A DNA stretch of 64,000 nucleotides from Pristiophorus japonicus (taxonomy: Eukaryota). The notes under the pieces were generated by a model, which saw only the letters and a list, made by a program, of their open reading frames with translations, was not told the DNA's origin and did not search any database. The DNA is taken from positions 3,224,001 through 3,288,000 of the forward strand of contig NC_092002.1 in assembly GCF_044704955.1 (NCBI RefSeq), written 5' to 3'. This document shows, one piece after another, positions 1-13,200 of the stretch; within the stretch, counting starts at the first letter, position 1; every line of letters starts with the position of its first letter. The position numbers and the translations under genes are program-made.

Positions 1-252
1 TCCCTCCCTGGGGCACTGAGGTACTGGGGACCCCGGGCCTTCTCCCCCCGCCCCCCGGATCCTGCACCGCCCCGGCCCCGTCCCGCCCTCCCCTCCCCGG
101 GCCCCGNNNNNNNNNNNNNNNNNNNNNNNNNNNNNNNNNNNNNNNNNNNNNNNNNNNNNNNNNNNNNNNNNNNNNNNNNNNNNNNNNNNNNNNNNNNNNN
201 NNNNNNNNNNNNNNNNNNNNNNNNNNNNNNNNNNNNNNNNNNNNNNNNNNNN

Positions 253-2070
253 CCCCGGGCCCCAGTCCCCCCCCCCCCCCGGGCCCCAGTCCCTCCCCCC
301 CCCGGGCCCCAGTCCCTCCCCCCCCCGGCCCCAGTCCCCCCCCCCCCCGGGCCCCCAGTCCCCCCCCCCCCCTGGGCCCCAGTCCCCCCCCCCCTGGGCC
401 CCAGTCCCCCCCCCCCCCTGGGCCCCAGTCCCCCCCCCCCCCCGGGCCCCAGTCCCCCCCCCCCTGGGCCCCAGTCCCCCCCCCCCCTGGGCCCCAGTCC
501 CCCCCCCCCCTGGGCCCCAGTCCCCCCCCCCGGGCCCCAGTCCCCCCCCCCCCTGGGCCCCAGTCCCGCCCTTTCCCCCCCCCCGGCCCCAGTCCCGCCC
601 TTCCCCCCCCCCCCCCCCGGCCCAGTCCCGCCCTTTCCCCCCCCCCCCAGTCCCGCCCTTTCCCCCCCCCCCAGTCCCGCCCTTTCCCCCCCCCCCCCCC
701 CCAGTCCCGCCCTTCCCCCCCCCGGCCCCAGTCCCGCCCTTCCCCCCCCGGCCCCAGTCCCGCCCTTCCCCCCCCCCCCCCGGCCCCAGTCCCGCCCTTC
801 CCCCCCCCCCCCGGCCCCAGTCCCGCCCTTCCCCCCCCCCCGGCCCTTTCCCCCCCCCCCGGCCCTTTCCCCCCCCCCAGTCCCGCCCTTCCCCCCCCCG
901 GCCCCAGTCCCGCCCTTTTCCCCCCCCCGGCCCCAGTCCCGCCCTTTCTCCCCCCCCCCCCCCCCCCCGGCCCCAGTCCCCCTCTCCCCCCCCCCCCCCC
1001 GGGCCCCCTCTCCCACCCCCCCCCCCCGGGCACCCTCTCCCACCCCCCCCCCGGGCCCCAGTCCCTCCCCCCCCCCCCCCCCCCCCCCGGGCCCCCAGTC
1101 CCCTCCCCCCCCCTGGGCCCCAGTCCCCCCCCCACCCCCCCCTGGGCCCCAGTCCCCCCCCCCACCCCCCCCTGGGCCCCAGTCCCCCCCCACCCCCCCC
1201 TGGGCCCCAGTCCCCCCCCCCCCCCGGGCCCCAGTCCCCCCCCCCCCCCCCGGGCCCCAGTCCCGCCCTTTCCCCCCCCCCCCCCCGGCCCCAGTCCCGC
1301 CCTCCCCCCCCCCCCCCCCCCGGCCCCAGTCCCGCCCTTTCCCCCCCCCCCCGGCCCAGTCCCGCCTTTCCCCCCCCCCCCCCGGCCCCAGTCCCGCCCT
1401 TTCCCCCCCCCCCCGGCCCCAGTCCCACCCTTCCCCCCCCCCCCCCCCCGGCCCCAGTCCCGCCCTTCCCCCCCCCCCCCCGGCCCCAGTCCCGCCCTTT
1501 CCCCCCCCCCCCCCCCCCCGGCCCCAGTCCCGCCCTTTCCCCCCCCCCCCCCCCCCCGGCCCCAGTCCCGCCCTTTCCCCCCCGGCCCCAGTCCCGCCCT
1601 TCCCCCCCCCCCCCGGCCCCAGTCCCGCCCTTCCCCCCCCGGCCCCAGTCCCGCCCTTCCCCCCCCCCGGCCCCAGTCCCGCCCTTCCCCCCCCCGGCCC
1701 CAGTCCCGCCCTTCCCCCCCCCCCCCCGCCCTTTCCCCCCCCACTCCGCCCTTCCCCCCCCCCCAGTCCCCGCCCTTTCCCCCCCCCGGCCCCAGTCCCG
1801 CCCTTTCTCCCCCCCCCCCCCCCGGCCCCAGTCCCCCTCTCCCCCCCCCCCCTGGGCCCCAGTCCCCCCCTCCCCCCCCCCCCCCCCCCCCGGGCCCCAG
1901 TCCCCCCTCCCCCCCCCCCCCCTGGGCCCCAGTCCCGCCCTTCCCCCCCCCCCCCCCGGCCCCAGTCCCGCCCTTTCCCCCCCCCCCCGGGCCCCAGTCC
2001 CGCCCTTTCCCCCCCCCCCCCCTGGGCCCCAGTCCCGCCCTTTCCCCCCCCCCCCCCCCCGGGCCCTCCC
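253..2070. repeat. Poly-C/GC-rich minisatellite (unit approx. GGCCCCAGTCCCGCCCTT followed by C-runs); G-quadruplex-prone on the minus strand
   Basis: Tandem GGCCCCAGTCCC(GCCC) units separated by variable C-runs, directly after an N gap. Homopolymer lengths are probably unreliable. Confidence 0.9.
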
Positions 2071-2120
2071 TCTGCCCCATCAACTCCGTTAATCATCTCA
2101 ACATCTCCATTACATCCCCC

Positions 2121-3362
2121 TCAATCATCATCATCATCAGCAGCCCCTCGGGGTCGAGGCAGACTTGCCCCCGCTCCAACAGTGAGTCCTCAGGTGGCCG
2201 AACAGCCCAATACGAGAGCCACAGTCCCTGTCACAGGTGGGACAGACAGTGGTTGAGGGAAGGGGAGGGTGGGACTGGTTTGCCGCACGCTCCTTCCGCT
2301 GCCTGCGCTTGGTTTCTGCATGCTCTCGGCGACGAGACTCGAGGTGCTCAGCGCCCTCCCGGATGCACTTCCTCCACTTAGGGCAGTCTCTGGCCAGGGA
2401 CTCCCAGGTGCCGGTGGGGATGTTGCACTTTATCAGGGAGGCTTTGAGGGTGGTCCCTGTAACGTTTCCTCTGCCCACCTGGGGCTCGCTTGCCGTGAAG
2501 GAGTTCCGAGTCGAGCGCTTGCTTTGGGCAGTCTCGTGTCTGGGGGGCCATGCATAGAAACATAGAAAATAGGTGCAGGAGCAGGCCATTCGGCCCTTCG
2601 AGCCTGCACCGCCATTCAATGAGTTCATGGCTGAACATGCAACTTCAGTACCCCATTCCTGCTTTCTCGCCATACCCCTTGATCCCCCTAGTAGTAAGGA
2701 CTTCATCTAACTCCTTTTTGAATATATTTAGTGAATTGGCCTCAACAACTTTCTGTGGTAGAGAATTCCACAGGTTCACCACTCTCTGGGTGAAGAAGTT
2801 TCTCCTTATCTCGGTCCTAAATGGCTTCCCCCTTATCCTTAGACTGTGTCCCCTGGTTCTGGACTTCCCCAACATTGGGAACATTCTTCCTGCATCTAAC
2901 CTGTCTAACCCCGTCAGAATTTTAAACGTTTCTATGAGGTCCCCTCTCATTCTTCTGAACTCCAGTGAATACAAGCCCAGTTGATCCAGTCTTTCTTGAT
3001 AGGCCAGTCCCGCCATCCCGGGAATCAGTCTGGTGAACCTTCGCTGCACTCCCTCAATAGCAAGAATGTCCTTCCTCAGGTTAGGAGACCAAAACTGTAC
3101 ACAATACTCCAGGTGTGGCCTCACCAAGGCCCTGTACGACTGTAGCAACACCTCCCTGCCCCTGTACTCAAATCCCCTCGCTATGAAGGCCAACATGCCA
3201 TTTGCCAACATGCGGACAATGTGGCCCTGCCCAGCGGAGCTGATCGAGTGTGGTCAGTGCTTCGATGTTGGTCTGGTCGAGGACGCTAACATTGGTGCGT
3301 CTGTCCTCCCAGGGGATTTGCAGGATCTTGCGGAGACATCGTTGGTGGTATTTCTCCAGGGA
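2121..3362 (-). mobile_element. RTE-clade LINE 3' fragment, split by a nested CR1 insertion
   Basis: (CAT)n tail at 2123-2138. The minus-strand translation ends in CPTCDRDCGSRIGLFGHLRTH, an RTE-type C-terminus. The element resumes at about 3206 (LEKYHQRCLRKILQIPWEDRRTN). Confidence 0.8.
2552..3205 (-). mobile_element. CR1-like LINE 3' fragment nested in the RTE element
   Basis: ORF 2645-3211 (LVRPHLEYCVQFWSP...RTRGHSL...NLWNSLP). TTTCTATG-repeat tail, seen as CATAGAAA x2 on the plus strand. CATGC lies on both sides and may be a short TSD. Confidence 0.9.
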
Positions 3363-4125
3363 ACACAAGACTACTCTCCGCAACCTGTCTCCTGGTTTAA
3401 CAACCCTCATCCCCTGCCCCCTGATATTGTTCCGAATTCCGGCTCGCTTACGGGGCAAATACGCTCAGGAAGTTGTCAATGATTATTACCCGGGGTGCTC
3501 CACATGGGTCCGGTTAGATGTGTAATGAGGATGTTCCTGGCCAGGACCTCCCCCACCCCCGAGGTTCTCGGCCCCACGGGGACACTCTCTGCTAGCTGAC
3601 CGCACCCTTGAAGGGAGGCAGCCATTAGACTCCGTGCCCCCCGGGGCTAGGGGAGTTCATCCGCCCGGGTCCCTGCCCCACTTTAGCTCTCCGGCAACAC
3701 CTGCCCAAAACTGGATGAGGGGCGAATATCAGGCAGGGGTTCTCCCTGTATCTCCTGTCTCCCCGTCCCATGTCTCCCCCCATCCCGTGTTCAGAAGGGG
3801 GGGTCTGATCAGAAAATGGTTTGTTTTTTTACACACCCAGTGATGGTATTTTCTCTATTTTTGCAGGAATTGAGTTTTTTGCCGTGGCGTTTCTGGGAGA
3901 TTCCCGGATCGAACCCAAATCAAGGAGCGGGGGGGAGGACTGCAAATGCAACAGGGTGAGGGACGCGATGGCTGCTCAGACCGTTCTCCGTGTTCCCGGG
4001 TACCGGCCTCCGGTGAGGGATTCGATTAGCCCTCACCCCCTCGCCAGGCACTCGTGCTAAACCCACCACCGATCGGCGCTTCGAGTCGGAGGAGACGTGG
4101 ATTGCCGCTCGCGGCCTGGAGAACA

Positions 4126-5412
4126 ATGTCACAGGCGGGCGAGGAGAAGCGAGCCGTCAGGCCCAAGGTCCGGCGGGGAGAGCCCGAAGACCGGCGAGAA
4201 TCCCGCAGCAAGAAGAAGAACAGGAATTCCCACAGGTCCGAACTGTGCGGCGGCGCTTCGGGAACCGGGCAGGGGAAGGTCAGGAACGCCTCGGGCGGGA
4301 AAGCGGGAAAGCAGGACACGGATGTGTCTCAGGAGACGGATTCCCACGACTTTGGGGAGGACAAGCTGCCGAGCCGGACCCTGAGGCAACGTATCCAGGA
4401 CGCCGTGGGCCAGTGTTTTCCCATCAAATCCCACGGCCTGCACTCCGCCATCTTATCCTCCTCCAAGCGTAAGATCCACCTGAGCGAACTGATGCTCGAT
4501 AAGTGCCCCTTCCCCGCTGGCACCGACCTGGCCCAGAAGTGGTACCTGATCAAGCAGCACACAGCCCCCGTCTCGCAGAGCCCGCCCTTCCTGGACGGGG
4601 CCTCCGCGGGAGGGACGCCGGTCGAGGACGAGGACGACCGCCTGCGGGAGAGGAGGCGCATCAGCATCGAGCAGGGGGTCGAGCCCCCGCCCCACGCGCA
4701 GATTCACACCTTTGAGGTGACGGCCCAGATCAACCCCCTGTACAAGCTGGGGCCCAAGCTGGCGCCGGGGATGAACGAGCTGGCTGGTGACGATCGGGCC
4801 ACCCTGTCGCTGCAGGAGGCCGAGGAATCAGCGGCCCCGCCCTCTCCCCAGCCCCCCCCCGAGCAGGTGGAGTCCACCGACGGCTATCGCGCCCACACCC
4901 AGATTGACTACATCCACTGCCTGGTGCCCGACCTGCTGGAACTCACCACCTTCCCTTGCTACTGGGGGGTGATGGACCGCTACCAGGCCGAGGCCCTGCT
5001 GGAGGGCAGGCCGGAGGGGGCCTTCCTGCTGCGGGACTCGGCCCAGGAGGACTACCTCTTCTCGGTCAGCTTCCGCCGTTACAGCCGCTCCCTGCACGCC
5101 CGCATCGAGCAGTGGAACCACAACTTCAGCTTCGATGTCCACGACCCCAGCGTCTTCCACGCTCCCACCGTCACCGGCCTACTCGAACACTACAAGGACC
5201 CCAACTCCTGCATGTTCTTCGAACCCCTGCTCTCCAGCCCCATCAACAGGACCTTCCCCTTCAGCCTGCAGCACATCTGCCGGGCAGCCATCTCCAGCTG
5301 CTCCACGTATGACGGCATCGACCTCCTCCCCATCCCCAGCACCCTGAAGGAATACCTGAAGGAATATCATTACAAGCAGAAGGTCAGAGTGCGGAGGCTG
5401 GACACCAGGTGA
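4126..5412 (+). CDS. Suppressor of cytokine signaling, SOCS4/5 subfamily (SOCS9/SOCS5-like), 428 aa, single coding exon
   Basis: First in-frame ATG is at 4126 (acaATGt), downstream of a splice acceptor ttttgcag|3867. Contains the N-terminal conserved region ([44 protein letters not shown]), an SH2 domain ([27 protein letters not shown]) and a SOCS box (FSLQHICR...[12 protein letters not shown]). Confidence 0.93.
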   Translation: MSQAGEEKRAVRPKVRRGEPEDRRESRSKKKNRNSHRSELCGGASGTGQGKVRNASGGKAGKQDTDVSQETDSHDFGEDKLPSRTLRQRIQDAVGQCFPIKSHGLHSAILSSSKRKIHLSELMLDKCPFPAGTDLAQKWYLIKQHTAPVSQSPPFLDGASAGGTPVEDEDDRLRERRRISIEQGVEPPPHAQIHTFEVTAQINPLYKLGPKLAPGMNELAGDDRATLSLQEAEESAAPPSPQPPPEQVESTDGYRAHTQIDYIHCLVPDLLELTTFPCYWGVMDRYQAEALLEGRPEGAFLLRDSAQEDYLFSVSFRRYSRSLHARIEQWNHNFSFDVHDPSVFHAPTVTGLLEHYKDPNSCMFFEPLLSSPINRTFPFSLQHICRAAISSCSTYDGIDLLPIPSTLKEYLKEYHYKQKVRVRRLDTR

Positions 5413-5612
5413 TAGCGCTGACCGACAGAAAACTGCTGAAAACTGACCTCTTCGAACCACCCGAGACCGAAGATCAACTTTAAGTAACGACTTTCTTAAC
5501 CGTAACTATTTATTTGAAGAATCCTGGACTGCAATATCCGCAATCTTAACCCAACAATGGGTCTTTTTTGTGCGAATTCTGTGGTCACCAAAGTATTGCA
5601 CCATAAAGCACT

Positions 5613-6236
5613 GGTTAGATACAGAGTAAAGCTCCCTCTACACTGTCCCATCAAACACTCCCAGGGCAGGTACAGCACGGGTTAGATACAGAGTAAAGCC
5701 CCCCCTCTACACTGTCCCATCAAACACTCCCAGGGCAGGTACAGCACGGGGTTAGATACAGAGTAAAGCTCCCTCTACACTGTCCCATCAAACACTCCCA
5801 GGGCAGGTACAGCACGGGGTTAGATACAGAGTAAAGCTCCCTCTACACTGTCCCATCAAACACTCCCAGGGCAGGTACAGCACGGGGTTAGATACAGAGT
5901 AAAGCTCCCTCTACACTGTCCCATCAAACACTCCCAGGGCAGGTACAGCACGGGTTAGATACAGAGTAAAGCCCCCCCTCTACACTGTCCCATCAAACAC
6001 TCCCAGGGCAGGTACAGCACGGGTTAGATACAGAATAAAGCCCCCGCTACACTGTCCCATCAAACACTCCCAGGGCAGGTACAGCACGGGGTTAGATACA
6101 GAGTAAAGCTCCCTCTACACTGTCCCATCAAACACTCCCAGGGCAGGTACAGGGGGTTCGATACAGAGTAAAGCTCCCTCTACACTGTCCCATCAAACAC
6201 TCCCAGGGCAGGTACAGGGGGTTCGATACAGAGTAC
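5613..6236. repeat. 67-68 bp tandem repeat, about 9 copies, in the putative SOCS 3' UTR
   Basis: Unit GGGTTAGATACAGAGTAAAGCTCCCTCTACACTGTCCCATCAAACACTCCCAGGGCAGGTACAGCAC. Confidence 0.95.
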
Positions 6237-8319
6237 CCTCCTCCCAAACCTCACAACAGTAGGTTTCCCCCCCATCCCCACTGCACCAACGGGATATCTT
6301 ATCCATTTCCTCCACCCTTGATGCAAATGAATGCCCAATTGGGACTCATTTCACATGGGACCCCCATTCCCACCTCATCAACCCTGACTGCACTGAAAGC
6401 CAGGTCTCAGTGTCTACCCGACTGCATAGCCCGCCCCACGTATTATCTTTATTGACTAGATTCCCACCCCCCCCACACCCGTCTCACCTCAGTTTGATCT
6501 GTAACCCAAACTTTGTAACTTTGAGAAGTATGGGTGCTCGATAAGACTGAAGATACAAATGTCAATGCGGACCACTGTCGAGAGCTGCTTTAGAACAGGT
6601 TTATTTGCTAAAATTATGCGGTGCGAATATGGACCATGTTATTTGCGGGTAGTTGACTGGACACCGTAACCACAGACTCCACCGCCATCGATTGACCGAG
6701 TCACCTACGGCACAAGGTGCACGGTCCCGTCGGCCTGTGCTGCTATTGAGTGGAACAGAATCTTAATCTTCGCCCATGAGAGTCGCGGTGCATGTCATTA
6801 AATGCTGACGGGTGCTTAATCTCATCGAGTAACTCTCCAGTGGTCCAGCGGGTAAACCGCCGTGTGTTTCGGTCCTGAGACATTTGTGCCCGGTCCCAGT
6901 CTATCCCAAGTTTGATGATCTCGGTCGGGATCAGAGATTGTGGGGGTGGGGTCACTGCACCAGTCCTCAGCACCCCTTAGGCTAAGGGGAGACAACATTC
7001 CCGATCCCGATTAGTATCCAGCGACCCCCCTCCACTCCACGCTGCAAGGTGGGCGAGCATGGGATTGGCCTTGACCATGGTGCCCCCCCCCATGTTCAAA
7101 TAGCCCGTGGTCACCCGCTGTCTCGGCTGCGACACGGGTCACTTGCGATGTGGTTGCACAAACCCTACTTGGGACACCACCCGGGGAGACTTGATACTAA
7201 GGTCACTGGATAACGGCTGGTTGAAGTGGTTCGATGAGGTTTCAATCCCTGAGCTGCCCGTTACTCTGTATTATGTATAGTTACGTTTTTCACCTGTGTC
7301 ATTCTTTGATAAAAAAGAGCCTTTGAACAAACGCTGAGAGCGCGAGTGGCAAAAGAAAGAGTTTAAATGATGCAAAGTGCTTTTGTGGCCTCTGACGGTT
7401 GCCACTTCGATGAATCAAAGCCAGAACTGAGCTCAACCAGCGTCCCTCTGTTCGTCGAGCTTATTGGGCAGGGTTGTTGCACGTGGCCCGATACACTTTG
7501 ATGGTCCAGTGAGCTTTGGTCAAATATCGTAATGGAGGCAGACGTTTACTGAGCAAGAGGGAGACCCCTTCTATTATATGCACATACACCAGGGCCTGGG
7601 ATTTCCGCAGGGATTCTTTCCAACCCCACGGAAACTTTGGTGCAAGATCGGCTGTTTACCGTGGGGTCTCCGCTGTAATCACGGCCAGGGATCCGCGCGC
7701 GTAAGTTCTACCCCCAGAGTGTTTCGCGCCTCAAGTGTGTGTCCAACACACTCCTGCGTCACAACTTGTCACAGACGTAAAAACTGGAGAAACCCCAGTC
7801 ACCCTGAAATTTACAAGCAGTTGCAATTGCCCTCTCACTGACCTCGGTGCATTATGAGTAGCTACAGGGACTTAAGATTGTCCATTTGGGGCTTAATTTT
7901 GTTTGATCATCGCTCCTGTGAAGCATCTTGTGATTTCCTTACGTTAAAGGCGCTATATAAATGCAAGTTGTTGTAAAGGGACAGGCCAGATTATCAGCTA
8001 AACATCATAACCTGAGACTATCTGTGAGCAATGCCACGGGAGATCTATCAGCAACCAATGCAAGTTTTGAGCCGCGTCACTCGCTAAGCAGTATAGGTAA
8101 GAGCGGTCGCCCTTGGCAGGAATCCTGGTGATATGGCAAGAGAAGCAAATAAGGGAAATAAAAGCAAGTTGAGAGACAACAAGATGAACAGATACTTCAC
8201 ATCGGGGGCTGTGACAGTGTCACTCGGAGCCACAGTGACGGGAAAAGTCGGTCGTCTCTTGTGTGTTTCAGCGACTGGGAATCCTGGTTCTGCTGGTTGC
8301 CTCCCCACCGAGACCGAGT

Positions 8320-8575
8320 AATTGGGGGGAGGTTTAGAGGGGATTTGAGGGGAAATATTTTCACCCAGAGGGTGGTGGGGGTCTGGAACTCACGGCCTGA
8401 AAGGGTGGTAGAGGCAGAAACCCTCACCACATTTAAAAAGTACTTGGATGTGCACCTGAAGTGCTGTAACCTACAGGGCTACGGACCCAGAGCTGGATAG
8501 CTCTTGGTCGGCCGGGGGGGGGGACACGATGGGCCGAATGGCCTCCTTCCGTGCTGTAACTTTCTCTGATTCTGA
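8320..8575 (+). mobile_element. CR1-like LINE 3' end fragment
   Basis: GGRFRGDLRGNIFTQRVVGVWNS...GYGPRAG followed by a CR1-type 3' UTR. Confidence 0.8.
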
Positions 8576-9141
8576 GACTGGCTGTGGCCCCCACCGCGGC
8601 CCTGACTGCGATCAGCTGGCTTTTAAAAAAAAAACTTGAGGCCAGTTTGTTGCAAGAACTTGTGAACTGGGCTGTTTGTCATTGCAGAGCACTGCCTCTT
8701 GAGAGTAGAAAGGGGAGGCCCCTCAGACAGATGAATCAGCTCAAAACGTTTATTTCTGTCTGTTTAAAGAGAATGTTCAAATAATTGTAATTAGCAACGA
8801 AAGAACTGGCTCTCCCAGGGAGTGGCTCGGTGGGAAACACCCAGGCTGGAGCCATCCCAGCAATCGAGGCCTCAGCCCCACCCCGTCTCGGATGACAGAG
8901 CTGATCTCAGGCATTACCAAGGTGGAGATGCTTCACTTGCCCTGGGCTAGGGAGGGGCGAACCATTCATTTAACTTTCCTGTCCCCCATTTGCTGGAACG
9001 TGGGGAAGTGGAGTACGGAGGGGCTTGGGGAGCGACTGTGATGTTCTCCTCAGTCTCCGAGCGATCACGGTCCAGGCTGTAGCTGGCCACGTGTGTGGGT
9101 ATTGGTGGGTTTCCAGACTCCCCGTGAAAGGCCAGAGCCTT

Positions 9142-9845
9142 CAACAACCTTTATTTATATAGCGCATTTAACCGAGTGAAACATCCTAAGGCGCTTTGCA
9201 GGAGTATTATGAGATTAAAAAAATGTGACAGCGAGCCACGAAAGTAAAAATTAGGGTAGGTGACAAACAGATTGGTCAAAGAGGTCGGTTTTAAGGAGCA
9301 TCTTGAAGGAGGAGAGAGAGAGAGGTTTAGGGAGGGAGTTCCAGAGCTTGGGGCCCAGGCAACAGAAGGCACGGCCACCGATGGTGGAGCGATTATAATC
9401 AGGGATGCTCAGGAGGGCAGAATTAGAGGAGCGCAGAGATCTCGGGGCGGGGGGGGATGTGGGGCTGGAGATTACAGAGATAGGGAGGGGCGATGGCCAC
9501 GGAGGATGAGAATTTTGAAATTGAGACATTGCTTAACCAGGAGCCAATGTAGGTCAGCGAGCACAGGGGGTGATGGGTGAGCGGGACTCGGTGCGAGTTA
9601 GGACACGGGGCAGTGAGCACAGGGGGTGATGGGTGAGTAGGACACGGGGCAGTGAGCACAGGGGGTGATGGGTGAGCGGGACTCGGTGCGAGTTAGGACA
9701 CGGGGCAGCGAGCACAGGGGGTGATGGGTGAGCGGGACTCGGTGCGAGTTAGGACACGGGGCAGCGAGCACAGGGGGTGATGGGTGAGCGGGACTCGGTG
9801 CGAGTTAGGACACGGGGCAGCCAAGTTTTGGATCACCTCTAGGGT
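9142..9845 (-). mobile_element. L2-like LINE 3' fragment with an internal 56-bp tandem amplification (about 9558-9820)
   Basis: GGCGCTATATAAAT-type 3' tail. Minus-strand translation RSLRSSNSALL...GGRAF...PKLWNSLP...FKMLLKTDLF is an L2 ORF2 C-terminus. Confidence 0.8.
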
Positions 9846-10224
9846 AGAAAGGAGGGGAGAGCTGGAATAAAAGCAACTTGGAACAGCTAGGAGCTTTCCT
9901 GTTTCTGTGGGGAAGGGGAGTTATTTTGTGACGATGGTGATGTGATTCCTCTCACAACCTGTGTCCAGGGATCGGCCGGGGAGCACGGGTCTCTCGTATA
10001 TCAGCGGTTGGAATATGTGGGACTGGGAAGGTCGAGCAGTCTCTCTTCTGATTAAAATGGCTCTCTCTAAATTCTTTGTATATTTCAGCCTATTTTTGAT
10101 GTTGCTGGGGGAAGGAGCGCTGGCCATGGCACTGGGGGAACTCCGCACTCTTTAATCGTGGAATCCCTGCAGTCCCCCTGAACAGGCAGATTGGGCTTCG
10201 GTTTGAGATTTCATTGAGAGACTG

Positions 10225-13200
10225 GTACCCCCGTGTTATACAGTGACAGACCTGTACCCACCAGTACTGTACCCCAGTGTTATACAGTGAGACCTGTACC
10301 CACCAGTACTGTACCCCAGTGTTATACAGTGACAGACCTGTACCCACCAGTACTGCACCCCAGTGTTGTACAGTGACAGACCTGTACCCACCAGTACTGT
10401 ACCCCAGTGTTATACAGTGACAGACCTGTACCCACCAGTATTGTACCCCAGTGTTATACAGTGAGACCTGTACCCACCAGTACTGCACCCCAGTGTTGTA
10501 CAGTGACAGACCTGTACCCACCAGTATTGTACCCCAGTGTTATACAGTGACAGACCTGCACCCACCGGTACTGTATCCCAGTGTTATACAGTGACAGACC
10601 TGTACCCACCAGTACTGTACCCTAGTGTTATACAGTGACAGACCTGTACCCACCAGTACTGTACCCCAGTGTTATACAGTAACAGACCTGTACCCACCAG
10701 TACTGTACCCTAGTGTTATACAGTGACAGACCTGTACCCACCAGTACTGTACCCTAGTGTTATACAGTGACAGACCTGTACCCACCAGTACTGTACCCCA
10801 GTGTTATACAGTGACAGACCTGTACCCACCAGTACTGTACCCTAGTGTTATACAGTGACAGACCTGTACCCACCAGTATTGTACCCCAGTGTTATACAGT
10901 GAGACCTGTACCCACCAGTACTGTACCCCAGTGTTATACAGTGACAGACCTGTACCCACCAGTATTGTACCCCAGTGTTATACAGTGAGACCTGTACCCA
11001 CCAGTACTGTACCCCAGTGTTATACAGTGACAGACCTGTACCCACCAGTACTGTACCCCAGTGTTATACAGTGACAGACCTGTACCCACCAGTACTGTAC
11101 CCCAGTGTTATACAGTGACAGACCTGTACCCACCAGTACTGTACCCCAGTGTTATACAGTGACAGACCTGTACCCACCAGTACTGTACCCCAGTGTTATA
11201 CAGTGACAGACCTGTACCCACCAGTATTGTACCCCAGTGTTATACAGTGACAGACCTGCACCCACCGGTACTGTATCCCAGTGTTATACAGTGACAGACC
11301 TGTACCCACCAGTACTGTACCCTAGTGTTATACAGTGACAGACCTGTACCCACCAGTACTGTACCCCAGTGTTATACAGTAACAGACCTGTACCCACCAG
11401 TACTGTACCCTAGTGTTATACAGTGACAGACCTGTACCCACCAGTACTGTACCCTAGTGTTATACAGTGACAGACCTGTACCCACCAGTACTGTACCCCA
11501 GTGTTATACAGTGACAGACCTGTACCCACCAGTACTGTACCCTAGTGTTATACAGTGACAGACCTGTACCCACCAGTACTGTACCCTAGTGTTATACAGT
11601 GACAGACCTGTACCCACCAGTACTGTACCCCAGTGTTATACAGTGACAGACCTGTACCCACCAGTATTGTACCCCAGTGTTATACAGTGACAGACCTGTA
11701 CCCACCAGTACTGTACCCTAGTGTTATACAGTGACAGACCTGTACCCACCAGTACTGTACCCCAGTGTTATAGTGACAGACCTGTACCCACCAGTACTGT
11801 ACCCCAGTGTTATACAGTGACAGACCTGTACCCACCAGTACTGTACCCCAGTGTTATACAGTGACGGACCTGTACCCACCAGTACTGTACCCCAGTGTTA
11901 TACAGTGACAGACCTGTACCCACCAGTACTGTACCCCAGTGTTATACAGTGACAGACCTGTACCCACCAGTACTGTACCCCAGTGTTATACAGTGACAGA
12001 CCTGTACCCACCAGTACTGTACCCCAGTGTTATAGTGACAGACCTGTACCCACCGGTACTGTACCCCAGTGTTATACAGTGACAGACCTGTACCCACCAG
12101 TACTGTACCCCAGTGTTATAGTGACAGACCTGTACCCACCAGTACTGTACCCCAGTGTTATACAGTGACAGACCTGTACCCACCAGTACTGTACCCCAGT
12201 GTTATACAGTGACAGACCTGTACCCACCAGTACTGTACCCCAGTGTTATACAGTGACAGACCTGTACCCACCAGTACTGTACCCCAGTGTTATACAGTGA
12301 CAGACCTGTACCCACCAGTACTGTACCCCAGTGTTATACAGTGACAGACCTGTACCCACCAGTACTGTACCCCAGTGTTATAGTGACAGACCTGTACCCA
12401 CCGGTACTGTACCCCAGTGTTATACAGTGACAGACCTGTACCCACCAGTACTGTACCTCAGTATTATAGTGACAGACCTGTACTCACCAGTACTGTACCC
12501 CAGAGTTATACAGTGACAGACCTGTATCCACCAGTACAGTACCCCAGTGTTATACAGTGACAGACCTGTACCCACCAGTACTGTACCCCAGTGTTATACA
12601 GTGATAGACCTGTACCCATCAGTACTGTACCCCAGTGTTATAGTGACAGACCTGTACCCACCAGTACTGTACCTCAGTGTTATACAGTGACAGACCTGTA
12701 CCCACCGGTACTGTACCTCAGTGTTATACAGTGACAGACCTGTACCCACCGGTACTGTACCCCAGTGTTATACAGTGACAGACCTGTACCCACCAGTACA
12801 GTACCCCAGTGTTATACAGTGACAGACCTGTACCCACCAGTACTGTACCTGTGTTATACAGTGACAAACCTGTACCCACCAGTACTGTACCCCAGTGTTA
12901 TACAGTGACAGACCTGTACCCACCAGTACTGTACCCCAGTGTTATACAGTGATAGACCTGTACCCATCAGTACTGTACCCCAGTGTTATGCAGTGACAAA
13001 CCTGTACCCACCAGTACTGTACTCCAGTGTTATACAGTGACAGACCTGTATCCACCAGTACTGTACCCCAGTGTTATACAGTGACAGACCTGTACCCACC
13101 AGTACTGTACCCCAGTTATACAGTGACCGACCTGTATCCACCAGTACTGTACACCAGTGTTACACAGTGACAGACCTATACCCACCAGTACTGTACCGCA

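Noticed and set aside
4054-4125. ORF-track start of SOCS at 4054
   Set aside because: It is a GTG codon. The first in-frame ATG is at 4126.
6880-7150. Possible ancient SINE (AmnSINE2-like) relic downstream of SOCS
   Set aside because: Only a weak resemblance from memory (TATCCAGCGACCCC, AAATAGCC); too degenerate to support without an alignment.
10058-10155. Signal-peptide-like mini-ORF MALSKFFVYFSLFLMLLGEGALAMALGELRTL
   Set aside because: It stops after 32 codons with no convincing splice donor after the hydrophobic stretch and no recognisable partner exon; likely chance.
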